Positions 18,051 to 27,758 of a DNA stretch of 64,000 nt are shown here, piece after piece (the first letter of the stretch is position 1; the number at the start of each line of letters is the position of its first letter). A program made the translations under genes and the position numbers. Under the pieces are notes generated by a model. That model saw only the letters and a program-made list of their open reading frames with translations, had not been told where the DNA came from and ran no database searches. The stretch lies in NCBI GenBank assembly GCA_946555455.1, contig CAMNSU010000005.1, forward strand, positions 2,436 to 66,435, written 5' to 3'. This stretch comes from an uncultured Clostridia bacterium. GTDB taxonomy: Bacteria; Bacillota; Clostridia; RUG12999.

Positions 18051-20318
18051 TCATTCTCTTTTTACTTGAAATTCGTTTTTATATAAGAAACGGATTATTC
18101 CGTTCTCTTGACTGACTAAAACCTTTTTTTCTTCCCCATGTTTTTCCGGCACTACCAGCGTTACAATTCTATGCTGTTTTGCCGGAACCGTCTGCGCGCA
18201 TAAATGCCACTGCGCCGATTTTCCTTCCAGTTCCTCCGGACGAATCGCTTTATCAAACGCATCTGTCTGCGACAGCGTCATGCCGCCGGTGATAAATTCC
18301 ACCCGCATATTCGCCGCATTTCCCTGCATAACCGCTTTGTTTTCGCCAAGCTGAAACGGGCGCAAACTGTGCAGCAGCCATTGCAACGGCTTTTCTTCCG
18401 TCAATTCCACATTGTCCTCTATCACAAAATAAGCGCCATCTACAAAATAGATGTTGCGCCGGTAAGACTTTAATGCAGGCGCCGTCAGCCGATATGCCTG
18501 CGCCGCCTCCGCCTTTGCATAGAGCACGCCGTCCTGCTGCCCCGCGTCTAAAATGCTGCCTGCCGCGTCTAATTGACTGCGTTTATCCAATCCTGCATAT
18601 TGTCCTATATCGTCTATTAAAATGTTGTTGGTAGATTTGGTTTGTTTGCGCCATTTTAAATGCATATCGCTCTCATAGGCTACATAATGCCCGCTTTCAA
18701 TCGCCATCGGCTCTCCATAGGCATGTAGAATAAATCCGTTTTGGTCGCCGTGACTGTGACTGATGCAGCCATATGGACTGCTTTTCAGCAGCAATGTAAT
18801 GTGGTTTTCCTCGTCTGCCATATCTTTGTGCATTGCAACCCAGCCCACATCGTGAAACCATTTTATCTGTGGCTTTGCCGAAGGTTTTTGCGCCTCTAAA
18901 TTACCCCAATCGCACTGAAATGCGAAATCGTCAAAATAGAAATTCCACCAACCATAGTTATAAAATGCCGTAAATTTTTCTGTATCCCACGGCAGCATTT
19001 GCTCGTAGTACCATTGATACTTTGCATTTCCTGTCAACGCCGCAAGATGGCGCATCAAAAATCCTGTTTTGAGCGGCGGATATTCCCCCAGATTGGACTG
19101 GTCGCAAAAACTTGCATGAATTTGTTTTGGCGAATAGCACTGCAAAATAAAATCACCGGTGTGCTGAAAAAACGGACGTTTGAGCAAGTTAATACCCAAA
19201 TACCGCCATGCGAGGTCTAATCCTTCCAACACGGACGCCATCGCCGTTGTCCAGTAGGCGCAGCCCTCTGCCCAGCCGCCGTCCTCTCCGCCCCACGGCG
19301 AATAGAGACAAGCGAGGTATTCCAGTGCATAATTCAGCCAATCTTCCGCTTCCGGCGCATCGCCCAGCAGCGCAATCCCGCATGGAATCAGCACCATGGA
19401 CAGCGACCGCACCGGATGGCTTTCATACGGCGTTTGATGAATTTTCGCTTTTACCACGTCCCGCTGATAGACCTGCTCCCCGCGGCGCAGCAACGCCAAG
19501 CGTACTTTTTCCTTTTCATCGCCTGACAGCCGTTCATACAGCCAGTCATATCCCCATGCCAGCGCACGCAGCACACGAAATGCCGCCTCGTCGTTATATT
19601 CCTCTGACGTGGTACCCTCAGGGTCCCAAGCCGCAATGTCAAGCAGACTTTCCTTTGCCTTTTCCAGCCAATCTTCCCGTTCCAACAATTTTCCTGCAAT
19701 ACTCAAATGTTTGATTTTATACAGCGCTTCCTGTGTATAGGAATAGGCGCTGCGCCATGCCGCATTATGACATTTTGTCGGATCCCAGCGTTCCGGATTT
19801 TCCGGCGGCGCTTCCCGAAACGACTGATTTTCATATGGTTCCACACCGTGGCGTAAAAATGCGTCAAATCCATACCTTGTCCTGTCTTTTTGCACCTGCC
19901 CGCCGATTTCCTGTATCCGCTGCGGATTCATCCAAAGGCGCGGATGCTGCATTGGCAGATTCTGATAACGCTGCGCGCGTCTCGGCAGTGGCGTCTGCGC
20001 CTCACTGCCGCTGATTTCAAATTGCCGCACACTGCTCCACTCGCTTTTTCGCTCTCCTGCTTCTTCCACAGCATACCGCCAAAAATAATGTCCCGCCGGA
20101 AATATTTTGTCCGGTGTGAAAAAATTCAGCGGCAAATGATGAAACGATTCCGCCTGTGCAAACGATGCCTCCTGTGCAATTTCCAAACAATAGCATTTTG
20201 CACCTTCTTCAGGCATAAACGAAAATCGCGGCGGATTTTCTGCCACCCTGCCGTCAGGTCTATATCCAATGTCGAATTTGTCTGCCTTCTTCTCCTGCAA
20301 TGTTTTCATGTTTCTCAT
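18051..20318 (-). CDS. Heparinase II/III-like family protein (DUF4962-type N-terminus plus Hepar_II_III-like C-terminus), cytoplasmic; probable oligo-uronate lyase
   Basis: Full ORF of 755 aa. The alternative start at 20309 (MKTLQ) has a better-spaced RBS. No signal peptide is present. The translation of nt 18745-18775 reads PYGCISHSHGDQNGF, which is the same H-x-H-x-D motif seen in the secreted paralog. Confidence 0.7.
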   Translation of the reverse strand: MRNMKTLQEKKADKFDIGYRPDGRVAENPPRFSFMPEEGAKCYCLEIAQEASFAQAESFHHLPLNFFTPDKIFPAGHYFWRYAVEEAGERKSEWSSVRQFEISGSEAQTPLPRRAQRYQNLPMQHPRLWMNPQRIQEIGGQVQKDRTRYGFDAFLRHGVEPYENQSFREAPPENPERWDPTKCHNAAWRSAYSYTQEALYKIKHLSIAGKLLEREDWLEKAKESLLDIAAWDPEGTTSEEYNDEAAFRVLRALAWGYDWLYERLSGDEKEKVRLALLRRGEQVYQRDVVKAKIHQTPYESHPVRSLSMVLIPCGIALLGDAPEAEDWLNYALEYLACLYSPWGGEDGGWAEGCAYWTTAMASVLEGLDLAWRYLGINLLKRPFFQHTGDFILQCYSPKQIHASFCDQSNLGEYPPLKTGFLMRHLAALTGNAKYQWYYEQMLPWDTEKFTAFYNYGWWNFYFDDFAFQCDWGNLEAQKPSAKPQIKWFHDVGWVAMHKDMADEENHITLLLKSSPYGCISHSHGDQNGFILHAYGEPMAIESGHYVAYESDMHLKWRKQTKSTNNILIDDIGQYAGLDKRSQLDAAGSILDAGQQDGVLYAKAEAAQAYRLTAPALKSYRRNIYFVDGAYFVIEDNVELTEEKPLQWLLHSLRPFQLGENKAVMQGNAANMRVEFITGGMTLSQTDAFDKAIRPEELEGKSAQWHLCAQTVPAKQHRIVTLVVPEKHGEEKKVLVSQENGIIRFLYKNEFQVKRE

Positions 20319-20592
20319 CCTTTCGTTTGCGCTATATTTCTTTTCTATATTACAGGATGAATGTTCTTATCGCAAGAGTCAAAAAACCATACCGGCATTC
20401 TATTTTCTATTTTTTCCGTCCTATTTGGTTTTCTACCACGCCCCTCCCCTCTTTCATTATCGATAAAATTTCTTCAAAAGTCAAGTGACAAAATCGCAAC
20501 ATCAATGGTCAATTTTTTATATAAACACACTTTCTCATTCCATTTTATGCAATCTTAATGATTCATCAGTCAAAAATACTGTACCGATAAAA

Positions 20593-20630
20593 ACACCTCA
20601 ATCGTAGGATAGTCACTACAACCGAGGTGT
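20593..20630 (-). terminator. Putative ftsH terminator
   Basis: ACACCTC...GTAG..CTAC...GAGGTGT forms a nested hairpin. On the minus strand it is followed by TTTTTATCGG. Confidence 0.5.
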
Positions 20631-20660
20631 TCAAACTGTATTATTTTATTTTTTCTTTAC

Positions 20661-22508
20661 TTATGCTTGCAATATCTGCATAAATTCTTCTCCGCTGATG
20701 GTTTCTTTTTCCAAGAGATATGCCGCCAGTTCATGCAATTTTTCTTCGTTTTCTTTTAAAATACGGCGTGCTTTTTCGTGCGCCTTTTGAATCATATCGT
20801 TCACCTCAGCGTCAATTTTCTGCGCGGTTCCCTCCGCACAAGCGAGGGACGTATCGCCGCCAAGATATTGATTGTTCACGGTTTCCATTGCCACCATATC
20901 AAAATTTTCACTCATGCCGTAACGCGTCACCATGGCGCGCGCAATTTTTGTCGCTTGTTCAATATCATTAGAAGCGCCGGTTGTCACCGAGTGAAATACC
21001 AATTCTTCCGCCGACCGTCCGCCCGTCAGCGTCGCAATTTTATCAAATGCTTCCTCTTTGCTCATCAATAAATGTTCGTCCTCTTCCACCTGCATGGTGT
21101 AACCCAACGCGCCGGAGGTACGCGGAATAATGGTGATTTTATGCACCGGTGCACTGTGGTTTTGCATTGCCGCCACCAATGCATGACCGATTTCATGATA
21201 TGCCACAATTTTTTTCTCACGTTCCGAAATCACAGCATTTTTGCGCTGATAGCCCGCAATGACTACCTCTACGCTTTCCTCCAAATCACTTTGGCTGACG
21301 CTCGCTCGTCCCATACGCACCGCCCGCAGCGCCGCTTCATTAACGATATTTGCCAGTTCCGCGCCGGATGCGCCGGAGGTTGCCCTTGCAACGGCATTAA
21401 AATCAATATTCTGCTGCATTGTAATATTTTTCGCATGTACGCGCAAAACTGCTTCCCGCCCTGCCAAATCAGGCAGTTCCACCGGCACCCGCCGGTCAAA
21501 CCGTCCCGGGCGCAGCAACGCAGGGTCAAGCGATTCGGGGCGGTTGGTCGCCGCCAAAATGACAACGCCTTTTTTGCCGTCGAATCCGTCCATTTCTGTC
21601 AAAAGCTGGTTCAATGTCTGTTCCCGCTCATCATTGCCGCCGGTGATACCACCGTCACGTTTTTTCCCAATCGTATCTACCTCGTCAATGAACACGATGC
21701 ACGGCGCTTTATCCGCCGCTTGCTTGAACAAATCACGCACTTTTGCCGCCCCCATACCGACAAACATCTCCACAAATTCTGAACCGGAAATGGAGAAAAA
21801 CGGCACGTTTGCTTCTCCCGCAACTGCCTGCGCCAACAGCGTTTTCCCTGTTCCCGGCGGACCCACCAGCAGCGCGCCTTTGGGCAGATTCGCACCGATT
21901 GCCGCATACTTTTCAGGATGGTGCAGATAATCCACGATTTCTGCCAACGCTTCTTTCGCTTCGTCTTGTCCCGCCACATCCGCAAAGGTTTTTCCCGTTT
22001 CCGCTTTCACATAGATTTTGGCGTTGCTTTTTCCAAACGCCATCGCGTTGCCGCCCATTCGTTTTTGCATTTGCCGCATAATGAGTTGTCCAATCAGGAA
22101 AAATGCCGCCAACGGTAAAATCCACGAAAGAATAAAATTCACAAGCGGTGAATTTTCTTTGGGAATCACTTTGTCAAATTTGATGGTTCCTTTTTCATAC
22201 AGGCGTTTTGTAAGTTCCGGATCCTCCATTCTTCCGGTCACAAAAATTTGTTCTTTGCCATCTTCTCCCGTCGCCTTGAACGCAATTTGATTCTCCTGCA
22301 CCTCCACCTGTGACACTTTTCCCGCCGCCACATCATTCAAAAACGTTCCATAATCCACCTGCTGAATCTGGCTTCGCAGCAACGCCGGATATACCAGCAT
22401 ATTAAATACCAGCATCACTGCTATGATAATCACATAATAAACAATAAACGGACGTTTATTGGGTTTTTTCCCTTCCTCCATATCCTCAACCTCTCTTTCC
22501 GCCGCCAT
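20661..22508 (-). CDS. ftsH: ATP-dependent zinc metalloprotease FtsH
   Basis: Present are an N-terminal TM segment, Walker A GPPGTGKT, an AAA+ SRH region, the zinc-binding HEIGHAL, and the typical length of 615 aa. Confidence 0.95.
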   Translation of the reverse strand: MAAEREVEDMEEGKKPNKRPFIVYYVIIIAVMLVFNMLVYPALLRSQIQQVDYGTFLNDVAAGKVSQVEVQENQIAFKATGEDGKEQIFVTGRMEDPELTKRLYEKGTIKFDKVIPKENSPLVNFILSWILPLAAFFLIGQLIMRQMQKRMGGNAMAFGKSNAKIYVKAETGKTFADVAGQDEAKEALAEIVDYLHHPEKYAAIGANLPKGALLVGPPGTGKTLLAQAVAGEANVPFFSISGSEFVEMFVGMGAAKVRDLFKQAADKAPCIVFIDEVDTIGKKRDGGITGGNDEREQTLNQLLTEMDGFDGKKGVVILAATNRPESLDPALLRPGRFDRRVPVELPDLAGREAVLRVHAKNITMQQNIDFNAVARATSGASGAELANIVNEAALRAVRMGRASVSQSDLEESVEVVIAGYQRKNAVISEREKKIVAYHEIGHALVAAMQNHSAPVHKITIIPRTSGALGYTMQVEEDEHLLMSKEEAFDKIATLTGGRSAEELVFHSVTTGASNDIEQATKIARAMVTRYGMSENFDMVAMETVNNQYLGGDTSLACAEGTAQKIDAEVNDMIQKAHEKARRILKENEEKLHELAAYLLEKETISGEEFMQILQA

Positions 22509-22719
22509 GTTTGCAATTTTGGCTCTTTTCCGGCAGATTTGTTCTCATTATACTGAACCACTATAGCATTGTCAATGAAAACCTGTTTTTATTCACAGAT
22601 TATTTACAAAGCGGCAAAAATTCCGTTTTTGGTAATCTGTCATAAATTTGGGAACTTCCCGCCTTTCAAATTCGTCTAACAAATAGATATTTTATGCATT
22701 CATAGAGGAGGAGATATTG

Positions 22720-25700
22720 ATGAAAAAATGGCTTGCTTTTGCGTTATTTCTTTTCGTTTTAGCAGCGCCGCTGGGCAGTCTTGCCGCCGGTACGGAAAAA
22801 AGCGGCTATACGCTCACGCCCATGCAGGAAATGGGCGGCGGCGTTGCACCGGACAGCGCGTTTCTCTTGACCACAGAAACTGCTGCTACCCAAACGGACA
22901 TACAAACCCGCCTGTCCATTGACGGCGAGACGGCGCCGCATGTCACCAAAAAGGACGCTACTACCTTTTTGGTACAACCGGCTCATCCGCTGGAAAGCGG
23001 ACGGCTCTATACCTTCCGCCTGACGCAGCCGGAGGGTGCAGACCTCACATGGGTGTTTCAAACCATGTTCACCTTTGCCGTCGCCAATGTTTTTCCGGGC
23101 GACCAAACAAGCGGCGTTCCGCTGCGCAGCGGTATTGAAATCACCTTCAACTACGAGGACTATGAGGACATATCGCCCTATTTTCAGATAGAGCCGCAGG
23201 TGGAAGGAACCTTTGAACGGCACAAAAGAACGGCTGTTTTTGTGCCAAAGGAACCGTTGGCGAAAAAAACGCTTTATACCGTGACGCTGAAGGGTGACCT
23301 GAAACTGAAAGATACGGACTACATATTGGGCGAAGATACCATCTTCCGGTTTGAAACAGAAGATCCTGACGCAGCGGTGACAGAGACGCCGGCACCCAAA
23401 ACCACCGTTCGTTTCGCCGTTTCTCAAGCGGAATTTACGCCGCAGGAGGTTCCGAACCTTTCCATGCATCTAAACACAAACGAGGAAAAACGCGTCTCCC
23501 TGCAAACGGAGGTTTATCAAGTTGCTTCGGCGGAAGAATATATCTCTCTTTGGAAGCAGTTTGACGATGGCTGCACTTGGTCAACCTTTCACCGGAATGA
23601 TAAATTGATTGACGCCGGTTCCTACTCTCATGTCGTGTCCTTTCAGCAGACCGCAGCAGTCAATCCCGATTCCTTTTTCAATATGTATGCTCGCAAGTTC
23701 CCGCAGAAGCTGCCGGAGGGGTTCTATCTGGTGCGGACAAAAACGACCGACAGCGTTTCCCAAATGCTGATACAAATCACCAATACCGCCGGATACTATC
23801 AAAACAGCAACGGCGGCGCTTTGCTTTGGCTGAACGACAACCAAACCCGAAAACCGCTGGCACAGGCGGCAGTGCTGGAGCAAACGACCGGACAGACCTA
23901 TACTGCCGACAAGCAGGGCGTGATCTTGCTGAACCGGTCATCAGACGATATGTCCCGACACTACTTCATCATCACCACAGCGGACGGAAAAGTTTCCGTC
24001 ATGCAAGGCTATACGCCCCAAAAACGCAATGACTTGTTCTGGTCTTCTTTAGAATTAGACCGCTCCTTATATCAGCCCAAAGACAGTGTACAGTTTTGGG
24101 GATATGTCGCTGAATTCGGCGATACATCCGCCGACCTTGAGACTGTCAAAGTACGTCTCAGCACAGCGCGGTACTATTGGTATGCCAGTCAGCAGCCCAT
24201 TTTGCAGCAAACGGTTCAGGTGCAAAACAACACGTTTGCAGGGCAAATGGATTTGCCCTATCTGGATTCGGGTACTTATGTATTGACGGTAGAAGCGCAG
24301 GGAAAAACGGTTTGCAGTGAATATCTCCGCGTTGAGGAATATATCAAACCGGATTATCAACTCACGCTGGAAGCGGATAAAAATGCTGTCTTTACCGGCG
24401 AAACCATTCACTATACGATGCAGACCGCCTTTTTTGACGGAACACCTGTCTCCAACCTGCCGCTAAGCTATAATATATACACCTATCCAAATCTCGCCAA
24501 CGAAACGAATACGCTTGCAGTGAACGAACAGGGCGTCGCGTCTCTGGACTATACGGTACCGGAAACGTCGGAAAGCGACCGAAACGGTTCTGTGCAGCTT
24601 GGCGTCAGAGCCACATTGCCGGAAGGCGGAGAAATGTCAAAATCTCTCCGCACACGGACATTTTTAAGTGACACAGCGTTTTCTGCCAAATGCCCGTATG
24701 ATACGGATAAAACGCGCATTGAAGCGCAGGTAAACCTCATTGACCTCACCCGTCTCAACGACGGAACGGCGGAGGGCTACTATGACTACTTGGGCGACGC
24801 AGTCGCCGGAAAAACCGTCCAGGGCACCATTTATGAAAATTACTATGAACAGGTGGAAAATGGAACATATTATGATTACTATAACAAAGTCAGCCGCAAA
24901 ATCTACCGCTATGTCCACCGAAAAAAAGTAGTCAAAACTTTTACAGAACAAACGGACGCGACAGGGAAAATCACCTATCCCTATTCGCTTAGGGACAAAA
25001 AAGACAGATGGTATTCCGCCGACCTCACCATAGTGGACGGCGCGGGGAAACATCTCACACAAAGCGTTTATTTGCGAACCAAAGAAACGCCGATTCCTTG
25101 GTATCGTCAGCCGGACGGAGATTACTACCATTTGGAACAACAGGACGAGCGCGAAAATTTCCAAGCCGGCGACGAAATTGACTTTCTGCTGAAAAACAAT
25201 CAGGAGGCTTTGAAAAAGGGAGGTTTCCTGTTTATGACGGCGCAAAACAGTATCCGCGATTATCAGGTGCAAAACAGCGGCGCGTTTACTTATACCTTTA
25301 CGGAGCAGGATATTCCCTGCGCCTATGTCAAAGGCGTCTGGTTTGACGGCGTGACCTATCACAGCACCTATGAAAAGCGTTTGACTTTTGATTTTTCCAC
25401 ACGCAGGCTTGACTTGACCGTACAGGCGGATGGGGAAACCTATCGTCCCGGCGATAGCTGCACTTTGACCGTGCAGGCAAAACAGCCGGACGGTGCGCCC
25501 GCGGCAAACGCGGCGGTGAACCTCAGTTTAGTGGATGAAGCGCTGTTTGCATTGCAAGACCAAGAGACCGATATTCTAAGCAATCTCTACACCTTTTATA
25601 TCCCCTCCGGTCTTTCCGGCGAGCGTTATACCCACTACTTTTCCGCCGCTGTTTCCGATGAACTAAAATTTGAAAGCGAAAACGCCGTCCCCTCCGCCAC

Positions 25701-27690
25701 GCCATCACCGGGCGGCTCCAGACCAAGCGGCGGAGGTGGCGGCGGCGCCGGCATCAGTGCTGACGCCATGCAGCCGCTTGAACAAATACGCAGTGATTTC
25801 AAGGACACTGCCGCATTCCGCCAAATTTGGTTGGACGAAAACGGCAGCGGCACTTGCACCCTCCGGCTGCCGGACAACATCACTACTTGGCGGCTCACAG
25901 CGTCCGCGATTACACCAAACCGCTATGCTGCAACGGTAACGCTGCCCGTGCGCGTATCGCTGCCCTTCTTTATCAATTGTTCTCTCGGCGACACCTTTTT
26001 GACCGGCGACACGCCGCAGGTAGGTTTAAGCGCTTATGGCGAAGGATTGCAGGAAAATGAATCCGTGACCTATACGGTTTGGAGCAAAAACGACCCGCAG
26101 CGGCGCGCTTCGGGGACGGCTTTGGCATATGAACGTCTCTATCTGCCGCTTTGGACACTTGCAGAAGGGGACGATACGCTTGTCATTCAGGCGTCTACGC
26201 CGCGCGGCAACAGCGATTCTCTGGAACATCCGCTTCATGTCGTCAGCACCTATTATGAAGCTGAAAAAACAGTACGCGCCCCGCTCGCTGCCGGAATGAC
26301 GTTTGCGCATGGCGAAAAAGGCAGCACGCACCTCATTTTCACCGACCGCAGCCGCGGCGCACTGCTCAGTGATATTTACTATCTATTGTATCAGCGCGCC
26401 GGCGACCGTCTGGAACAACGGCTGTCTTCGCAAGTTGCGTACCAACTCATTCAGACCTATGGCGACGACAACATGAAAAAACGTGCTGAACGTTATATAA
26501 AAGCTCAGCCGGAATTCAAAGCTTCGGAATATCAAACGGCAAACGGCGGCGGTTTGAGTCTTTTCACCTACAGCAGTTGCGATTTGGACTACACGGCGAA
26601 ATTGCTGCCGCTGGTGAAAGACGATATTGACAAAACAAGAATGGTGGGCTATCTTTATACACAGTCCGGCGTGAAACTGGAAAATGCGGCGATAAACGCC
26701 AAAGCGCTCTATGGTCTCGCGGTGTATCAGGAACCGATTCTGCTTTATCTGGACGAACTTTCCCGCGTGGAAAACCTGTCGCCGCTGGACGCTGTTTATT
26801 GTGCGCTGGCATATCTGCAAGTGGGCGGACAGGCGCAGGCACAGGCGCTATATGACCGCGTTATTCTGCCGCTGACAGAAGAGTTTGCTCCCTATTGCCG
26901 CGTGAACACGGGCCGCGACCAAGCGGATATTTTGGAAACCACCGCTTTGGCGGCATGTTTGGCGTCACAGCTTGGCGCGCCGCAGCGGGAAGGCTTTTAT
27001 CAATATGCACTGCATAACTATTCCGAAGATTATCTGGTCAATATTGAAAAGCTGATGTATGTCAGCAGTGAAATAGAACGCCGCACCACCGAATCTGGCG
27101 TCGTTACCTACCGGCTTTGGGGCGCGGAATATACCAAAACTTTAGAAAACGGCGCGTGCCACAGCATTGAACTTGCTTCCGGAAGCATGGACGCACTGGA
27201 AATTCTTTCTGTGACCGGCGATATGGAATGTATTTCCTGTTTCACCGCGCCCATGGAAAACGAATTTCCGCAAAGTGAGGACATCTCCGTCCAGCGCAAA
27301 TTCTTCCTATATGGAACGAACAAGGAAGCAACGGTGTTCCACGCCAACGATATCATTCAGGTGGTTGTGACGGTGCAATACGGCGAAAAAGCAGTGAACG
27401 GGTCTTATGAGGTAACCGATTTGCTGCCTTCCGGTCTGAAATTCCTCAGCAACACCTCTTCCCTGCCGCAGCAGCCCCTTGATTACACCCGCATTTGCTA
27501 CGGGCGGATTGCCGGACAGAAAGTGCAGTTTTACAGCAGCACGTATCAACGCTATGACAGTTATACCTATTTGGCGCGGGTACAAAGTCCCGGCACCTAT
27601 ACCGCCGCCGGCACGCTCGTGCAAAGCACTGCCACAGACGGTATCATGCGGCTGGGTGCAGAGCAGCAAATCACCGTACTGCCGGAATAA
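22720..27690 (+). CDS. Secreted alpha-2-macroglobulin (A2M/MG-domain) family protein, ~1656 aa, apparently without a thioester
   Basis: The track ORF starts at TTG 22717. The ATG at 22720 has a GAGGAGGAG RBS. The signal peptide is MKKWLAFALFLFVLAAPLGSLAAG. The translation of nt ~25810-25990 reads FRQIWLDENGSGTCTLRLPDNITTWRLTASAI...LPFF, which matches the A2M signature FPETWIWD...PDTITEWKAGAF...FQPFF. No C-x-E-Q motif occurs anywhere in the protein. Confidence 0.75.
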   Translation: MKKWLAFALFLFVLAAPLGSLAAGTEKSGYTLTPMQEMGGGVAPDSAFLLTTETAATQTDIQTRLSIDGETAPHVTKKDATTFLVQPAHPLESGRLYTFRLTQPEGADLTWVFQTMFTFAVANVFPGDQTSGVPLRSGIEITFNYEDYEDISPYFQIEPQVEGTFERHKRTAVFVPKEPLAKKTLYTVTLKGDLKLKDTDYILGEDTIFRFETEDPDAAVTETPAPKTTVRFAVSQAEFTPQEVPNLSMHLNTNEEKRVSLQTEVYQVASAEEYISLWKQFDDGCTWSTFHRNDKLIDAGSYSHVVSFQQTAAVNPDSFFNMYARKFPQKLPEGFYLVRTKTTDSVSQMLIQITNTAGYYQNSNGGALLWLNDNQTRKPLAQAAVLEQTTGQTYTADKQGVILLNRSSDDMSRHYFIITTADGKVSVMQGYTPQKRNDLFWSSLELDRSLYQPKDSVQFWGYVAEFGDTSADLETVKVRLSTARYYWYASQQPILQQTVQVQNNTFAGQMDLPYLDSGTYVLTVEAQGKTVCSEYLRVEEYIKPDYQLTLEADKNAVFTGETIHYTMQTAFFDGTPVSNLPLSYNIYTYPNLANETNTLAVNEQGVASLDYTVPETSESDRNGSVQLGVRATLPEGGEMSKSLRTRTFLSDTAFSAKCPYDTDKTRIEAQVNLIDLTRLNDGTAEGYYDYLGDAVAGKTVQGTIYENYYEQVENGTYYDYYNKVSRKIYRYVHRKKVVKTFTEQTDATGKITYPYSLRDKKDRWYSADLTIVDGAGKHLTQSVYLRTKETPIPWYRQPDGDYYHLEQQDERENFQAGDEIDFLLKNNQEALKKGGFLFMTAQNSIRDYQVQNSGAFTYTFTEQDIPCAYVKGVWFDGVTYHSTYEKRLTFDFSTRRLDLTVQADGETYRPGDSCTLTVQAKQPDGAPAANAAVNLSLVDEALFALQDQETDILSNLYTFYIPSGLSGERYTHYFSAAVSDELKFESENAVPSATPSPGGSRPSGGGGGGAGISADAMQPLEQIRSDFKDTAAFRQIWLDENGSGTCTLRLPDNITTWRLTASAITPNRYAATVTLPVRVSLPFFINCSLGDTFLTGDTPQVGLSAYGEGLQENESVTYTVWSKNDPQRRASGTALAYERLYLPLWTLAEGDDTLVIQASTPRGNSDSLEHPLHVVSTYYEAEKTVRAPLAAGMTFAHGEKGSTHLIFTDRSRGALLSDIYYLLYQRAGDRLEQRLSSQVAYQLIQTYGDDNMKKRAERYIKAQPEFKASEYQTANGGGLSLFTYSSCDLDYTAKLLPLVKDDIDKTRMVGYLYTQSGVKLENAAINAKALYGLAVYQEPILLYLDELSRVENLSPLDAVYCALAYLQVGGQAQAQALYDRVILPLTEEFAPYCRVNTGRDQADILETTALAACLASQLGAPQREGFYQYALHNYSEDYLVNIEKLMYVSSEIERRTTESGVVTYRLWGAEYTKTLENGACHSIELASGSMDALEILSVTGDMECISCFTAPMENEFPQSEDISVQRKFFLYGTNKEATVFHANDIIQVVVTVQYGEKAVNGSYEVTDLLPSGLKFLSNTSSLPQQPLDYTRICYGRIAGQKVQFYSSTYQRYDSYTYLARVQSPGTYTAAGTLVQSTATDGIMRLGAEQQITVLPE

Positions 27691-27712
27691 AACGATTCCG
27701 GTCAAAATACTC

Positions 27713-27758
27713 AAACAGCCCCTCCCATACCAGGAGGGGCTGTTTGGTATTATTTTTT
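27713..27758 (+). terminator. Rho-independent terminator after the A2M-like gene, shared with the convergent HK gene
   Basis: AAACAGCCCCTCC-catacca-GGAGGGGCTGTTT is followed by GGTATTATTTTTTGC. Confidence 0.75.

Noticed and set aside
25800-26500. Thioester (CxEQ) site in the A2M-like protein
   Set aside because: Scanning the full translation finds no C-x-E-Q. The region where it would be expected reads ..QRAGDRLEQRL... The protein is therefore called thioester-less rather than thioester-containing.
20661-27690. ftsH plus the A2M-like gene as a protease/inhibitor pair
   Set aside because: They are divergently transcribed. FtsH is the universal cytoplasmic-membrane housekeeping protease, with its own terminator and promoter region. 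The A2M-like protein is secreted, so a functional pairing is not supported.
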